Source of the DNA: Desulfosoma sp.
GTDB lineage: Bacteria; Desulfobacterota; Syntrophobacteria; Syntrophobacterales; DSM-9756
Assembly (NCBI GenBank): GCA_037481835.1
Contig: JBBFKW010000002.1
Span: 192,001 to 256,000, forward strand
Reading direction: 5' to 3'
DNA: 64,000 nt
In this document: in pieces, positions 1 to 9,285 of the stretch
How positions within the stretch are numbered: the stretch's first letter is position 1
Layout: each line of letters begins with the position of its first letter
The notes under the pieces: generated by a model
What the model was told of the DNA's origin: nothing
The model's database searches: none
Seen by the model: the letters and a program-made list of their open reading frames with translations, nothing else
Program-made: the position numbers and the translations under genes

Positions 1-325
1 GTGGAATATTATCTGTCCGACTGATGGGCAGGCTCCTCCATGTGTCCTGGTGACAGCCGGTACGGAGGGTCAATTGTAAGAATGTGCCACGTGGGGCCGG
101 GGCTGTTTCCGGAAGGCCTTTCGCGAGAAGTTCAGCGGCGAATACCCTGGTAACTCATGGATGGCGCTTCGCCGGAATCGCTCTCCATGCAGGCATGGAT
201 GGGGGGGAAGTGGTGGAGCAGGTTCTGGAGCAGAAGGCCGCGGAGGCAAAGAATTCCCAGGATTTCCCTGTGACCGGTTGCCGGTCAAAGGCGGGATACT
301 CTGCCTGTTCTTCCTCCAGGGGCTC

Positions 326-1249
326 CTAAGCCGTTTCTTTGAGCATCTTGTCCAGAAGCTCTCGGAATGCCGCCAGGCTTTCCGCCTGGATCGCCTGGCG
401 CCTCAGAGCCTTAAGCCTGGCAATGGAATCCAGGGAGACGATGATCTCTCGAATCGCCAGCGGGCATTCTCCGAAGCGCTCCGTGAGAACGTCCAGGATG
501 GCCTCCCGCGCCTCCTCCATCATGCCAATCTTCGTCCCTTGTTTGATTCCCTGCTCCAGCCCCTGCTGCAGCCCCTGTTGCAGCCCTTGTTGGATGCCCT
601 CCTCGTAGCCTTCCTTCTTGATCATTTCGTAAGCGGCGGATTCCATCATGATGTCTTTCCTCCTTTCCAGGAGCCTTCGCGGAAACTCGGGTGATACCAG
701 CCCCGCCAAGAGGGCCATGCCGGTAAGTAAATCGGCCTTCTGCGAGCGGTTGAGGTCGGAGTGATAGAGGATGTTTTCCGCCTCTCCGAAAAGCTCACCG
801 CCCCCTTTCATGAGGCCCACAAAGGGCATGAGGCATGGTTTTCCCGTTGCCACAATATCACGGGCGTCCAGGGTCGCCAAGGACAGCAGATGAAAGCGGT
901 ATGAAAGATAACGATTCTCAATGCGATCTACGGCGGAAGGTGCGTGCTTTAAAAGCATAACGGCCGGCACTACGGAAAGGCCCGTCTTCAAACGGTATCG
1001 GGCGTCATACTCCAGGAGCCGGAGGGGCACCTCGGGTTCCCATCGAGATTGGACCTCCAGAAGGACAACCAGGTCCTCACCATCGGTTGTCTTGACGCGA
1101 ATGGGAAAGTCGGCCCGGCGCACGGACGGGGTTTCCTGGGGAAGTTCCAGGATCTCGCTCCATTCGACGGAGAGGTTCAGGAAATACTCCAGAGCCGTTT
1201 CCCGGCAGTGAGACAGAATGACTTTGACCGCGATGTCATAGGCGCCCAT
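326..1249 (-). CDS. Rpn family recombination-promoting nuclease/putative transposase (YhgA-like, PD-(D/E)XK)
   Basis: N-terminal YD..K, RRAD...LLEVQS nuclease motif, RLLEY, and C-terminal EEGIQQGLQQGLQQGLEQG repeats typical of Rpn proteins; GGAG upstream of ATG. Confidence 0.85.
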   Translation of the reverse strand: MGAYDIAVKVILSHCRETALEYFLNLSVEWSEILELPQETPSVRRADFPIRVKTTDGEDLVVLLEVQSRWEPEVPLRLLEYDARYRLKTGLSVVPAVMLLKHAPSAVDRIENRYLSYRFHLLSLATLDARDIVATGKPCLMPFVGLMKGGGELFGEAENILYHSDLNRSQKADLLTGMALLAGLVSPEFPRRLLERRKDIMMESAAYEMIKKEGYEEGIQQGLQQGLQQGLEQGIKQGTKIGMMEEAREAILDVLTERFGECPLAIREIIVSLDSIARLKALRRQAIQAESLAAFRELLDKMLKETA

Positions 1250-1549
1250 GGGTTGCAGACTCCTTTTCCAGGGTCATCTTTAGGCATGATTATGCCATGG
1301 AGCGCCTTGTCGGTGCACGGGGATATGCATCGAGTTTTGGCCATAAGGGCGGGCTTCGGCGGCCTTCTGAGGAGCTGTTCATCCAATTGAACGCCGTGGG
1401 GGCTATGCGGCTCCCCATGAATGAGGTCTCGTCGATGCCGATCTTTCGGCTCCCGGGAAATCGCTTGGGGTTCCGATGTATCCGACAGGGTGCGCGATCA
1501 TGCGGCAAATGCGGGCGTGGTGTTCCCGGGGAAGGCACTTTACTTTTAG

Positions 1550-1599
1550 GGAAGTCAAAAGGGGCTACGGTTGACAAGCCGTAACCCCCTTGATTTTCC
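1550..1599 (-). terminator. Hairpin downstream of tRNA-Trp, likely intrinsic terminator
   Basis: Imperfect inverted repeat GGAAGTCAAAAGGGGCTACGG...CCGTAACCCCCTTGATTTTCC abutting the tRNA CCA end. Confidence 0.6.
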
Positions 1600-1676
1600 T
1601 GGCAGGCCAGGAGGGATTCGAACCCCCAACCCCCGGATTTGGAGTCCGGTGCTCTAGCCGTTCGAGCTACTGGCCT
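1600..1676 (-). tRNA. tRNA-Trp (CCA)
   Basis: Reverse complement AGGCCAGTAGCTCGAACGGCTAGAGCACCGGACTCCAAATCCGGGGGTTGGGGGTTCGAATCCCTCCTGGCCTGCCA: cloverleaf, anticodon CCA, GTTCGAATC T-loop, encoded CCA end. Confidence 0.97.
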
Positions 1677-1688
1677 GCATGCGCGGAC

Positions 1689-1717
1689 CTTATAGCCATT
1701 CCGGGAAGTGTTGTAAA
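1689..1717 (-). promoter_or_regulatory. sigma70-type promoter for tRNA-Trp
   Basis: TTTACA-N17-TATAAG on the minus strand just upstream of the tRNA. Confidence 0.6.
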
Positions 1718-1794
1718 GGGAAAACTGGGCGCGCCCTGGAGCGCTGCGAGGCTGGGGCCGCCGCAGGCCTAAAAAAAACCGACGCCTGTTGCCT

Positions 1795-1811
1795 TCGGCA
1801 CGGTTTGTGCT
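1795..1811 (+). promoter_or_regulatory. Putative sigma54 (-24/-12) promoter
   Basis: TCGGCACGGTTTGTGCT has GG-N10-GC spacing, about 55 nt upstream of the 1865 start. Confidence 0.5.
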
Positions 1812-1864
1812 TAAAATTACGTCAGATTGAAAAAAGCTCCGGGGCCGGAGCGCAGGAGGGTGCG

Positions 1865-2128
1865 ATGAAGATCAAATACTGCAAAAAATACGAAAAGTAT
1901 GTGAGCCAACAGCATTGTGAATTCTTTAATGAAGGGGCATCGTGCGAATTCTACAGCCCGGTGACGTGGAACAGCATTAAGGAGCTCCTTCAGGATGTGA
2001 ACAGGCCCAAGTGGGAAGTGAGCGAAGTCATTAAGCCCTTCAAGTGCAATCTTCTCGGCCGGGAATACCTCAACGAGATGAGCCGAAGAAGGCGCGAGCA
2101 AAAAAAGAGAACGGCGGCCCGCCTCTAG
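1865..2128 (+). CDS. Small Cys-containing basic hypothetical protein (87 aa)
   Basis: GGAGGG RBS before ATG 1865; MKIKYCKKYEKYVSQQHCEFFNEGASCEFY...CNLL; coding-like composition. Confidence 0.7.
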   Translation: MKIKYCKKYEKYVSQQHCEFFNEGASCEFYSPVTWNSIKELLQDVNRPKWEVSEVIKPFKCNLLGREYLNEMSRRRREQKKRTAARL

Positions 2129-2403
2129 TGCGTCATCACGACGCCGCAGGGGCCGTCCCGTGCCAGGACAGGTCCTAACGCCGAAACTCCCCCTTGATCC
2201 CCGTCTTTCCCTCATGCTACTAGCACGATGATCCCGGTCGTGCACAACGTCCCACGGCCACGCCGCTTCCCGCGGACGATGGCCGTGTCATTTTCCTTGA
2301 ACCCTGTGTCAACACATTGAGCACCGGGGCCCGGGGAATGCCCGAAGGGGCACTCGGACCCCGTAGGCTTTTTCCCGTCAAACCTTCAAGGGATGGGGCG
2401 ACG

Positions 2404-3849
2404 ATGTTCAAGAAACTGCTTGTGGCCAACCGCGGGGAGATTGCCATCCGCATCATGCGCTCCGCTCAGGAGCTGGGGATTCGCACGGTGGCAATCTATG
2501 AGGAAACAGACAAAACGGCCATGCACATCATGAAAAGCGATGAAGCCGTGTGCATCGGGGCGGGGCCGCGCAAGGACTATTTGGATATCGACCGGATCAT
2601 TCAGGCGGCCAAGGCCACGGGGGCGGACGCCATCCACCCGGGGTACGGTTTTCTTGCGGAAAATCCCTTGTTTTCCAAAAGATGCACGGACAATGGCCTT
2701 CTCTTTGTCGGACCGCCGCCCCAGGTCATTGCGGACATGGGAAGCAAGGTGGTCGCCCGCCGGATCATGACCGAGGCCGGAATTCCCGTGATTCCCGGGA
2801 CTCCTGTGCTTTCCCAGGGGGATGCCGGAGAGCGCCAGGCCGTTCGGTTTGCGGAAGAGCATGGTTTCCCGGTGATGATCAAGGCCGTGGCGGGAGGCGG
2901 CGGCCGGGGCATCCGAGCCGCCAAGACCATGGATGAGCTGGTTTCGGGCCTCAGGCTGGCCCGTTCCGAAGCCCGCATGGCCTTCGGCGACGACAGCATC
3001 TATCTGGAAAAAGGCCTCATCAATCCCCGCCACGTGGAGGTGCAGATCCTTGCGGACAACTACGGGGCGGTGATTCATCTGGGGACCCGCAACTGTTCCA
3101 TCCAACGCCGACACCAGAAACTGGTGGAAATCGCCCCGGCGAGCCTACCGCCGCTCATTTTGGAAAGGATCTGCGCAGACGCCGTGCGGGCGGCCAAGGC
3201 GGCCCGTTACGTCAACGCGGGGACGGTGGAATTTCTCATCGACGATCAGGATCAGTATTATTTTCTGGAAGTGAACACGCGAATCCAGGTGGAGCATACG
3301 GTCACGGAAATGGTGACGGGCGTGGATATTGTTCGCGAGCAGCTGCGCATCGCCGCCGGGGAACCCCTGTCTTTGAAGCAGCATGACATCCAGATTCGTG
3401 GCTGGTCCATCGAACTGCGCATCAATGCGGAAGATCCCAAAAACAACTTCATGCCCAGTCCCGGCACCATCCGTGTGTACCAGTCCCCCGGAGGCCACGG
3501 CGTGCGCCTGGACGGCGCCATCTATCAGGGCTATGAAATCCCCAGGTTCTACGATTCCATGCTGGTGAAACTGACCGTCTACGGGTTCACCTGGCGTGAA
3601 GCCGTGGACCGCTTGCGCCGTGCTCTGGACGGATTCAACATCGTGGGGGTTCCGACGACCATCCCCTTTTACAAGCAAATCGTGCAGGATCGTGATTTCA
3701 TCGAGCAGCGCTTTGATACGTCCTACATCGACACCCACCCCCATTTGATGGAGTACCGGGAAGAATCCCGCCCGTTGGATCGCTTGGCGCGGCTGATCGC
3801 CGAAATCAACGCCCACGGGTACAATCCCTATGCCCAAGATCGCCCTTGA
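2404..3849 (+). CDS. Biotin carboxylase (pyruvate carboxylase subunit A / AccC-like)
   Basis: ANRGEIA, HPGYGFLAEN, GGGGRG, CSIQRRHQK, EVNTRIQVEH, RINAEDP, YDSMLVKL motifs. Confidence 0.93.
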   Translation: MFKKLLVANRGEIAIRIMRSAQELGIRTVAIYEETDKTAMHIMKSDEAVCIGAGPRKDYLDIDRIIQAAKATGADAIHPGYGFLAENPLFSKRCTDNGLLFVGPPPQVIADMGSKVVARRIMTEAGIPVIPGTPVLSQGDAGERQAVRFAEEHGFPVMIKAVAGGGGRGIRAAKTMDELVSGLRLARSEARMAFGDDSIYLEKGLINPRHVEVQILADNYGAVIHLGTRNCSIQRRHQKLVEIAPASLPPLILERICADAVRAAKAARYVNAGTVEFLIDDQDQYYFLEVNTRIQVEHTVTEMVTGVDIVREQLRIAAGEPLSLKQHDIQIRGWSIELRINAEDPKNNFMPSPGTIRVYQSPGGHGVRLDGAIYQGYEIPRFYDSMLVKLTVYGFTWREAVDRLRRALDGFNIVGVPTTIPFYKQIVQDRDFIEQRFDTSYIDTHPHLMEYREESRPLDRLARLIAEINAHGYNPYAQDRP

Positions 3850-3864
3850 GGAACGGAGTCTTCC

Positions 3865-5523
3865 ATGGCGAGTCGAGAACGCATCACCCCTTCCATGAGC
3901 CCTTCGGAGATTATCGCTTTTGTTCGGGAAACTCCGGGCTATTTCCTGACCAACAACGAAAGGGACGTGTCCCAATCGGATTTCAAATGCCGCATCCTGC
4001 CATGGACCACCCTGCGCGTCGCCCCGTACCGAGACGACACTGGCTATTTCGCCTTTGAAATCACGGGCGGGGCCTCCATCCACGTGGACCTCATGGTCAA
4101 GCAAATCAACCCGTTCGAAAAGCTGCGCCTCGTGCGGCAGCGCATGCCCAATACCCTGATCCAGACCGTATGTCGCGGTCGGAACCTTTTCGGCTACCGC
4201 CCCTATCCGGACAATGTCCTGGAGCTGACCGTCACCCAGTTCGCCCGCTACGTGGATGTGTGGCGGGTTTACGACTTCCTGAACCATGTGCCCAACATGG
4301 AGGTTGTCGGCCGGGCGGTGCAAAAAGCCGGCAAGCTCCTCATGCCGTGCATCTGTTTCAGCACGGGGATCGGACACACCGATGAGTACTATGTGGGCAA
4401 GGTCGGGGAGATTCTGGAAACTTTCGGGGAAGAGATCATCCTCGGCATCAAGAACCACTCGGCCTTGGGATCGCCCCGCCGGATCGCCTCCTTGGTGCAG
4501 GCTCTGCGCACGCGCTATCCCCAGCTGGTGCTCGCCTATCACGGCCATAACACGGACGGAAACGACCTGGGCAGGATGGTGGCGGCCGCCGAAACCGGTG
4601 TCAAGATTTTGGAAGTGGCCGATCACGGCTTTGGCGGCATGTTTTCTCAAGCGCCGGCCCTGAGTCTCATCCAGACGCTCCATGACTACGGCTTCAAGGC
4701 CCCGGGACTGAAAGTCCAGCCCATTGTGGATGCTTCGGATCTCCTGCGACGGGAACGCCGGTACTATGAGCGCTTCGAGACGCCTTTCAGGGGATTCGAT
4801 CCCACCGTCAAGCGGCATCGCCTCACGGGGGGCGCCGCCTCCATGGCTTTCGAGCAAGCGGAAAAGCTGGGCCTTTTGGAACGAATCCATGAGGTCTTCA
4901 GCGAACTCATGGACGTCAACCGGGAATTGGGCAACATTTGGTCGGTCACCCCGGGAAGCCAGATCCTGTGGACCACGGCGGTAAGCAACGTCCTTCACGG
5001 TCGTTACGAACAGCCCAGCGACGACCTTAAGAATTTACTCCTGGGTCGCTACGGCCCTTTTCCGTTTTACGACCCCCAGGAGTGGATCTACGAAAAGGTG
5101 CTGGAACACAAGCGGCGAGACGGCAAGAGGTGGTACCAGATTCTCGCCGAAGAAGCCGGGGTTCAGAAACTGCCCGATGTGGATTTGGAAGCCAAACGGC
5201 GGGAACTGGAAGAGCGGATCAAAAGGCCCGCGGACGACGAGACCCTCTGCCTCTATCTCCAATTTCCCAAAGACGCAGTGGAATTTTTCCGATTCGAGGA
5301 GGCCTTCGGGAAGACGTGGCTCTTGCCGCCCCAAGTGTGGTACCGCCGCGGCGGGTTCCACGACGGCGAAACCATCCTCATTCCCGACGAAGAAGGCAAG
5401 ACCCACCAGATCGATATCATCTCCACGTCTCGCAAAGAGGGCATGGTGGAAACGTCCCTTCTGGTGGACTTTCATTTCCAGACCTATTCCGTCCCTGTGG
5501 GAGGTGCCGAGAAATCCTTTTAA
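3865..5523 (+). CDS. Pyruvate carboxylase/oxaloacetate decarboxylase-like carboxyltransferase subunit (divergent, no biotinyl domain)
   Basis: RDVSQS (cf. RDAHQS), RGRNLFGYRPYPDNV, HGH metal motif, VTPGSQ; no MKM-type biotin attachment site. Confidence 0.8.
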   Translation: MASRERITPSMSPSEIIAFVRETPGYFLTNNERDVSQSDFKCRILPWTTLRVAPYRDDTGYFAFEITGGASIHVDLMVKQINPFEKLRLVRQRMPNTLIQTVCRGRNLFGYRPYPDNVLELTVTQFARYVDVWRVYDFLNHVPNMEVVGRAVQKAGKLLMPCICFSTGIGHTDEYYVGKVGEILETFGEEIILGIKNHSALGSPRRIASLVQALRTRYPQLVLAYHGHNTDGNDLGRMVAAAETGVKILEVADHGFGGMFSQAPALSLIQTLHDYGFKAPGLKVQPIVDASDLLRRERRYYERFETPFRGFDPTVKRHRLTGGAASMAFEQAEKLGLLERIHEVFSELMDVNRELGNIWSVTPGSQILWTTAVSNVLHGRYEQPSDDLKNLLLGRYGPFPFYDPQEWIYEKVLEHKRRDGKRWYQILAEEAGVQKLPDVDLEAKRRELEERIKRPADDETLCLYLQFPKDAVEFFRFEEAFGKTWLLPPQVWYRRGGFHDGETILIPDEEGKTHQIDIISTSRKEGMVETSLLVDFHFQTYSVPVGGAEKSF

Positions 5524-5562
5524 TCAAGCCACAGGCGGACTTGGACGAAGGGGAGGGATCGT

Positions 5563-6450
5563 GTGCGGGGCGAAGTGGACCTCTTTCTGGAATACCTGGT
5601 GGCGGAAAGGCGGATGAGCCGCCACACGGTTTCGGCCTACGCCGGAGATCTGAGAAACCTTGCCCATTTCTTGACCCACAAAAAAGGGCGTTCGTCGTGG
5701 TCCGCCGTGGATCGACGGGACTTGGAGGATTATCTGGCGGCGTGCGCTCCCCAAACCGCACCCAAGACCCGGGCGCGGCGCCTCGCATGCATGCGCTCCT
5801 TTTTTCGATTCCTGGAGGAACGATCCCTTGTGCCATCCAATCCCGCCGCCGCGGTGACCTTTCCCAAGCTGCCCCGGTCCTTGCCCAAGACGCTTTCCGG
5901 GTCTCATGTGGAGGCATTGCTCAACGCCCCGGTACTTTCCACGCCCCTTGGGCTGAGAGACAAGGCCATCCTGGAATTGCTCTACGCCACGGGCATCCGT
6001 GTGGCCGAACTGACCGAACTCACCTTTCACCAGGTGAACCTTAAGGCGGGATTCCTCATCGTGCGCGGCAAAGGGGACAAGGAGCGCCTGGTGCCCATGG
6101 GGCAGTGGGCCGTGGAGGCTCTCCAGGCTTATGTGGAAAGGGGCCGCCCCGTGCTGGTCAAAGGGCGGGATCCCGGTCGCATTTTCCTCAATCACCACGG
6201 TCGACCGCTGTCCCGGCAGGGCGTGTGGAAGATGATCAAGACCTACGGACGGCGGATCGGAAGTCCTGAGGCCGTCAGTCCTCACGTGTTGCGGCATTCC
6301 TTCGCCACCCACTTGCTCCAAAACGGAGCCGACCTCCGTTCCCTCCAGATGATGCTCGGCCATGCCGATATCAGCACCACCCAGATTTACACCCATGTGG
6401 CCCGGGAACGCCTCAAGAAGATCCATCAGCACCATCATCCTCGCGCATAG
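5563..6450 (+). CDS. xerD: Site-specific tyrosine recombinase XerD
   Basis: RDKAILELLYATGIRVAEL, GKGDKERLVP, SPHVLRHSFATHLL, LGHADISTTQIYTHV. Confidence 0.9.
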   Translation: MRGEVDLFLEYLVAERRMSRHTVSAYAGDLRNLAHFLTHKKGRSSWSAVDRRDLEDYLAACAPQTAPKTRARRLACMRSFFRFLEERSLVPSNPAAAVTFPKLPRSLPKTLSGSHVEALLNAPVLSTPLGLRDKAILELLYATGIRVAELTELTFHQVNLKAGFLIVRGKGDKERLVPMGQWAVEALQAYVERGRPVLVKGRDPGRIFLNHHGRPLSRQGVWKMIKTYGRRIGSPEAVSPHVLRHSFATHLLQNGADLRSLQMMLGHADISTTQIYTHVARERLKKIHQHHHPRA

Positions 6451-6621
6451 CCCGTCGTGCTGAACCGTTGGTGCCTTGGAGGGCGGGGTCGGCGTGCCGG
6501 AACCTTCCCGGCGCGGGCGTCCAAGGAAGAGAATATTCTTGGCCTTTAGGGCGCGCGTCGTTAACATCCGGCCACGGTTTTGCGGAAGATCTCTCTTCTA
6601 GGGCGGCAATGGAGTCCATGC

Positions 6622-9285
6622 ATGGAAGTGATTACGACCCATCTCAATGCGGATTTCGACGCCATGGCATCCATGGTGGCAGCGAAAAAGCTCTATCCCG
6701 ACGCCGTTTTGGTTTTTCCAGGATCGCAGGAAAAGAACCTGCGCGATTTTTTCGTCAGCACCGCGGGCTACCTTTTCGATTTCGCTAAACTCAAGGGATT
6801 GGACCTGGAGCGCATCGAGCGGCTCATTTTGGTGGACACGCGCCAAGCGTCCCGAATCGGCAAGTTCCAAGACATCGCCGCCCGTCCCGGCGTGGACATC
6901 CACATTTACGACCATCACCCCCAGGCCGACGACGACGTTCGCGGTTCCCTGGAAGTCATCCGCCCGGTGGGCGCCACGGTAACCCTGCTGACCCACATTC
7001 TTCGCGAGCGCGGGGTTTCCATCAGTCCGGAAGAAGCCACCATTTTGATCCTCGGCATCTTCGAAGATACGGGTTCTTTCACCTTTTCGTCCACGACCCC
7101 TGAGGACTTCCGGGCGGCGGCCTTCCTCCTGGAACAAGGGGCGGACCTGAACGTGGTGGCCGATCTGGTCACCCGCGAGCTCACCTCAGAGCAGGTGGCC
7201 CTCTTGCACGAGCTGCTCCATTCTGCGCGAACTTACAACATCCAGGGCGTGGACGTGTGCATCGCCACCGTGTCCGTGGACCGCTATGTGGGCGATTTCG
7301 CGGTCTTGGTCCACAAGCTCAAGGACATGGAAAACCTGGATGTGGTTTTCGCTCTGGCGCGCATGGAAGACCGGATCTATCTCGTGGCCCGGAGCCGCAT
7401 TCCGGACGTCAACGTGGGGGAAATCGCCGCCTATTTCGGCGGCGGCGGTCATGCCACTGCGGCTTCGGCCACCATCAAGGACTTGACCTTGATCCAAGCC
7501 GAAGACCGGCTGTTCGAACTGCTCCAGAGCACCATCAAGCCGGCCGTGACTGCGCGAACCCTCATGAGTTCCCCGGTGATCACCATCTCGGCCGACGCCA
7601 CGCTCGCCCAAGCGGAAGAACTTATGGTGCGCTACAACATCAACGCCATGCCCGTGCTGGAAGGCGAGCAGGTCGTGGGCCTTATCAATCGTCAGGTTTT
7701 GGAAAAAGCCATGTATCATGGCCTCCACGAGGAGAAGGTGAGCGACTACATGAACCGCGATTTCGCCGTGATCGGCATCGACGGGACCCTCGTGGAGATT
7801 CAAAAGCACCTGGTGGAGCACCAGCAGCGCATCCTGCCCGTCTTGGACGGGCGGGCTCTGGTGGGTGTCATCACGCGCCGTGATCTCCTCAACCACCTCA
7901 TCACGGACCGATCGCGGGAACCGACGGCCCTCAAGGACGATCTGAGCTTGGGGCCTTGGGGCCGAAAGAAAAACATCACCAACGTCCTCACGGAACAGTT
8001 GCCCCGGGAGATCATCGAGCTGCTTCGGTCCTTGGGGGAGCACGCCGAGTCCATGGGGTACAAGGTTTACGCCGTGGGCGGCTTCATCCGGGATCTCCTC
8101 CTGCGGCGCCCCAATCTGGATATCGACGTGGTGGTGGAAGGGGACGGGATCCAGTTCGCTCGGACTTTTGCGGAAAAGGCGGGTATTCGGGCCCGTTGTC
8201 ATAAGAAATTCAACACGGCCGTGCTCGTTTTCCCCGACGAACTCAAGGTGGATGTCGCCACGGCGCGGCTCGAATACTACCAATACCCCGCGGCGCTGCC
8301 CATCGTCCAATTCGGTTCCCTGAAAATGGACCTCTACCGTCGGGATTTCACCATCAACACCCTGGCTGTCGCCTTAAATCCCAAGGAATTCGGCACCCTC
8401 ATCGACTTCTTTGGAGGCCAAAAGGACCTGAAGGAAAAGGCCATCCGCGTCCTCCATAATTTAAGTTTCGTGGAAGATCCGACGCGGATCCTTCGGGCCA
8501 TCCGGTTTGAGCAGCGCTTCGGGTTTCGAGTGGGCAAGCAGACGGCGGGTCTCATGCGCAACGCCGTCAAAATGGGCCTCATCGACCGGTTGGGGGGGCA
8601 GAGGCTTTTCCACGAGTTGCAGCATATCTTCATGGAAGAAGATCCCCTGCCGGCCATCCGCCGCATGGGGGAATTCGGCGTCATGGACGCCTTGTGTCCT
8701 GGGTCGTGTTTCGATGCCAAGGCCGAACGGCTTTTCGTGAAGATCAAGGAAGTCATTCTGTGGTACAAGCTCAGCTTCCTTGACGAACCGCTGGAATCCT
8801 GGCGGGTGTATTTCTTGGGTTTTCTGTGCCGGCTGAAACCCGACGATCTCCAGAAGGTGCTCGGCCGACTGGATTTGCCCCAGAATGCGAGGGAGCGAAT
8901 TCTATGGACCTTTCAAAGGGTTAACGATGTCCTCAACGACTTTTTGCGATTGCCTGCCCTGCGGCCTAGTGATATCTATCGAGCGCTTCAGCCCTTCGGG
9001 CCGGAGGAGCTCTTGTTTATGATGGCCAAGACGAACCGGGAAGAGGTTCAGCGGGCCATCAGCTATTATTTCCATCGATACCGTTATGTGAAGCCGGAAA
9101 TCGGCGGCAAGGACTTGAAGGCCATGGGGATTCCACCGGGGCCTCTGTACACGAAAATTCTAACGGCCGTGCGGGATGCCAAGTTGAACGGGGACGTGAA
9201 GAGCCTGGAGGATGAGATCCGCATGGCTCAGGCCATGGCGGCGGCCCAAGAAGGAGAGGCGGGGCGCAGTGCAGGACATCCTTAA
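6622..9285 (+). CDS. DHH/DHHA1-CBS-tRNA nucleotidyltransferase fusion (CCA/A-adding enzyme)
   Basis: H.NADFD, DHH, GGGGH, tandem CBS domains, VGGFIRD..DID, RRDFTIN, EDPTRILRAIRF. Confidence 0.88.
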   Translation: MEVITTHLNADFDAMASMVAAKKLYPDAVLVFPGSQEKNLRDFFVSTAGYLFDFAKLKGLDLERIERLILVDTRQASRIGKFQDIAARPGVDIHIYDHHPQADDDVRGSLEVIRPVGATVTLLTHILRERGVSISPEEATILILGIFEDTGSFTFSSTTPEDFRAAAFLLEQGADLNVVADLVTRELTSEQVALLHELLHSARTYNIQGVDVCIATVSVDRYVGDFAVLVHKLKDMENLDVVFALARMEDRIYLVARSRIPDVNVGEIAAYFGGGGHATAASATIKDLTLIQAEDRLFELLQSTIKPAVTARTLMSSPVITISADATLAQAEELMVRYNINAMPVLEGEQVVGLINRQVLEKAMYHGLHEEKVSDYMNRDFAVIGIDGTLVEIQKHLVEHQQRILPVLDGRALVGVITRRDLLNHLITDRSREPTALKDDLSLGPWGRKKNITNVLTEQLPREIIELLRSLGEHAESMGYKVYAVGGFIRDLLLRRPNLDIDVVVEGDGIQFARTFAEKAGIRARCHKKFNTAVLVFPDELKVDVATARLEYYQYPAALPIVQFGSLKMDLYRRDFTINTLAVALNPKEFGTLIDFFGGQKDLKEKAIRVLHNLSFVEDPTRILRAIRFEQRFGFRVGKQTAGLMRNAVKMGLIDRLGGQRLFHELQHIFMEEDPLPAIRRMGEFGVMDALCPGSCFDAKAERLFVKIKEVILWYKLSFLDEPLESWRVYFLGFLCRLKPDDLQKVLGRLDLPQNARERILWTFQRVNDVLNDFLRLPALRPSDIYRALQPFGPEELLFMMAKTNREEVQRAISYYFHRYRYVKPEIGGKDLKAMGIPPGPLYTKILTAVRDAKLNGDVKSLEDEIRMAQAMAAAQEGEAGRSAGHP

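Noticed and set aside
1..325. ORFs at the window start
   Set aside because: Short, mutually overlapping and without motifs; bases 1-24 may end an upstream gene but cannot be identified
540..605. 12-bp tandem repeats
   Set aside because: They encode the QQGL repeats of the Rpn protein, not a separate element
5563..6450. Tyrosine recombinase as a phage or island integrase
   Set aside because: Size, motifs and housekeeping context fit chromosomal XerD; no att sites or cargo nearby
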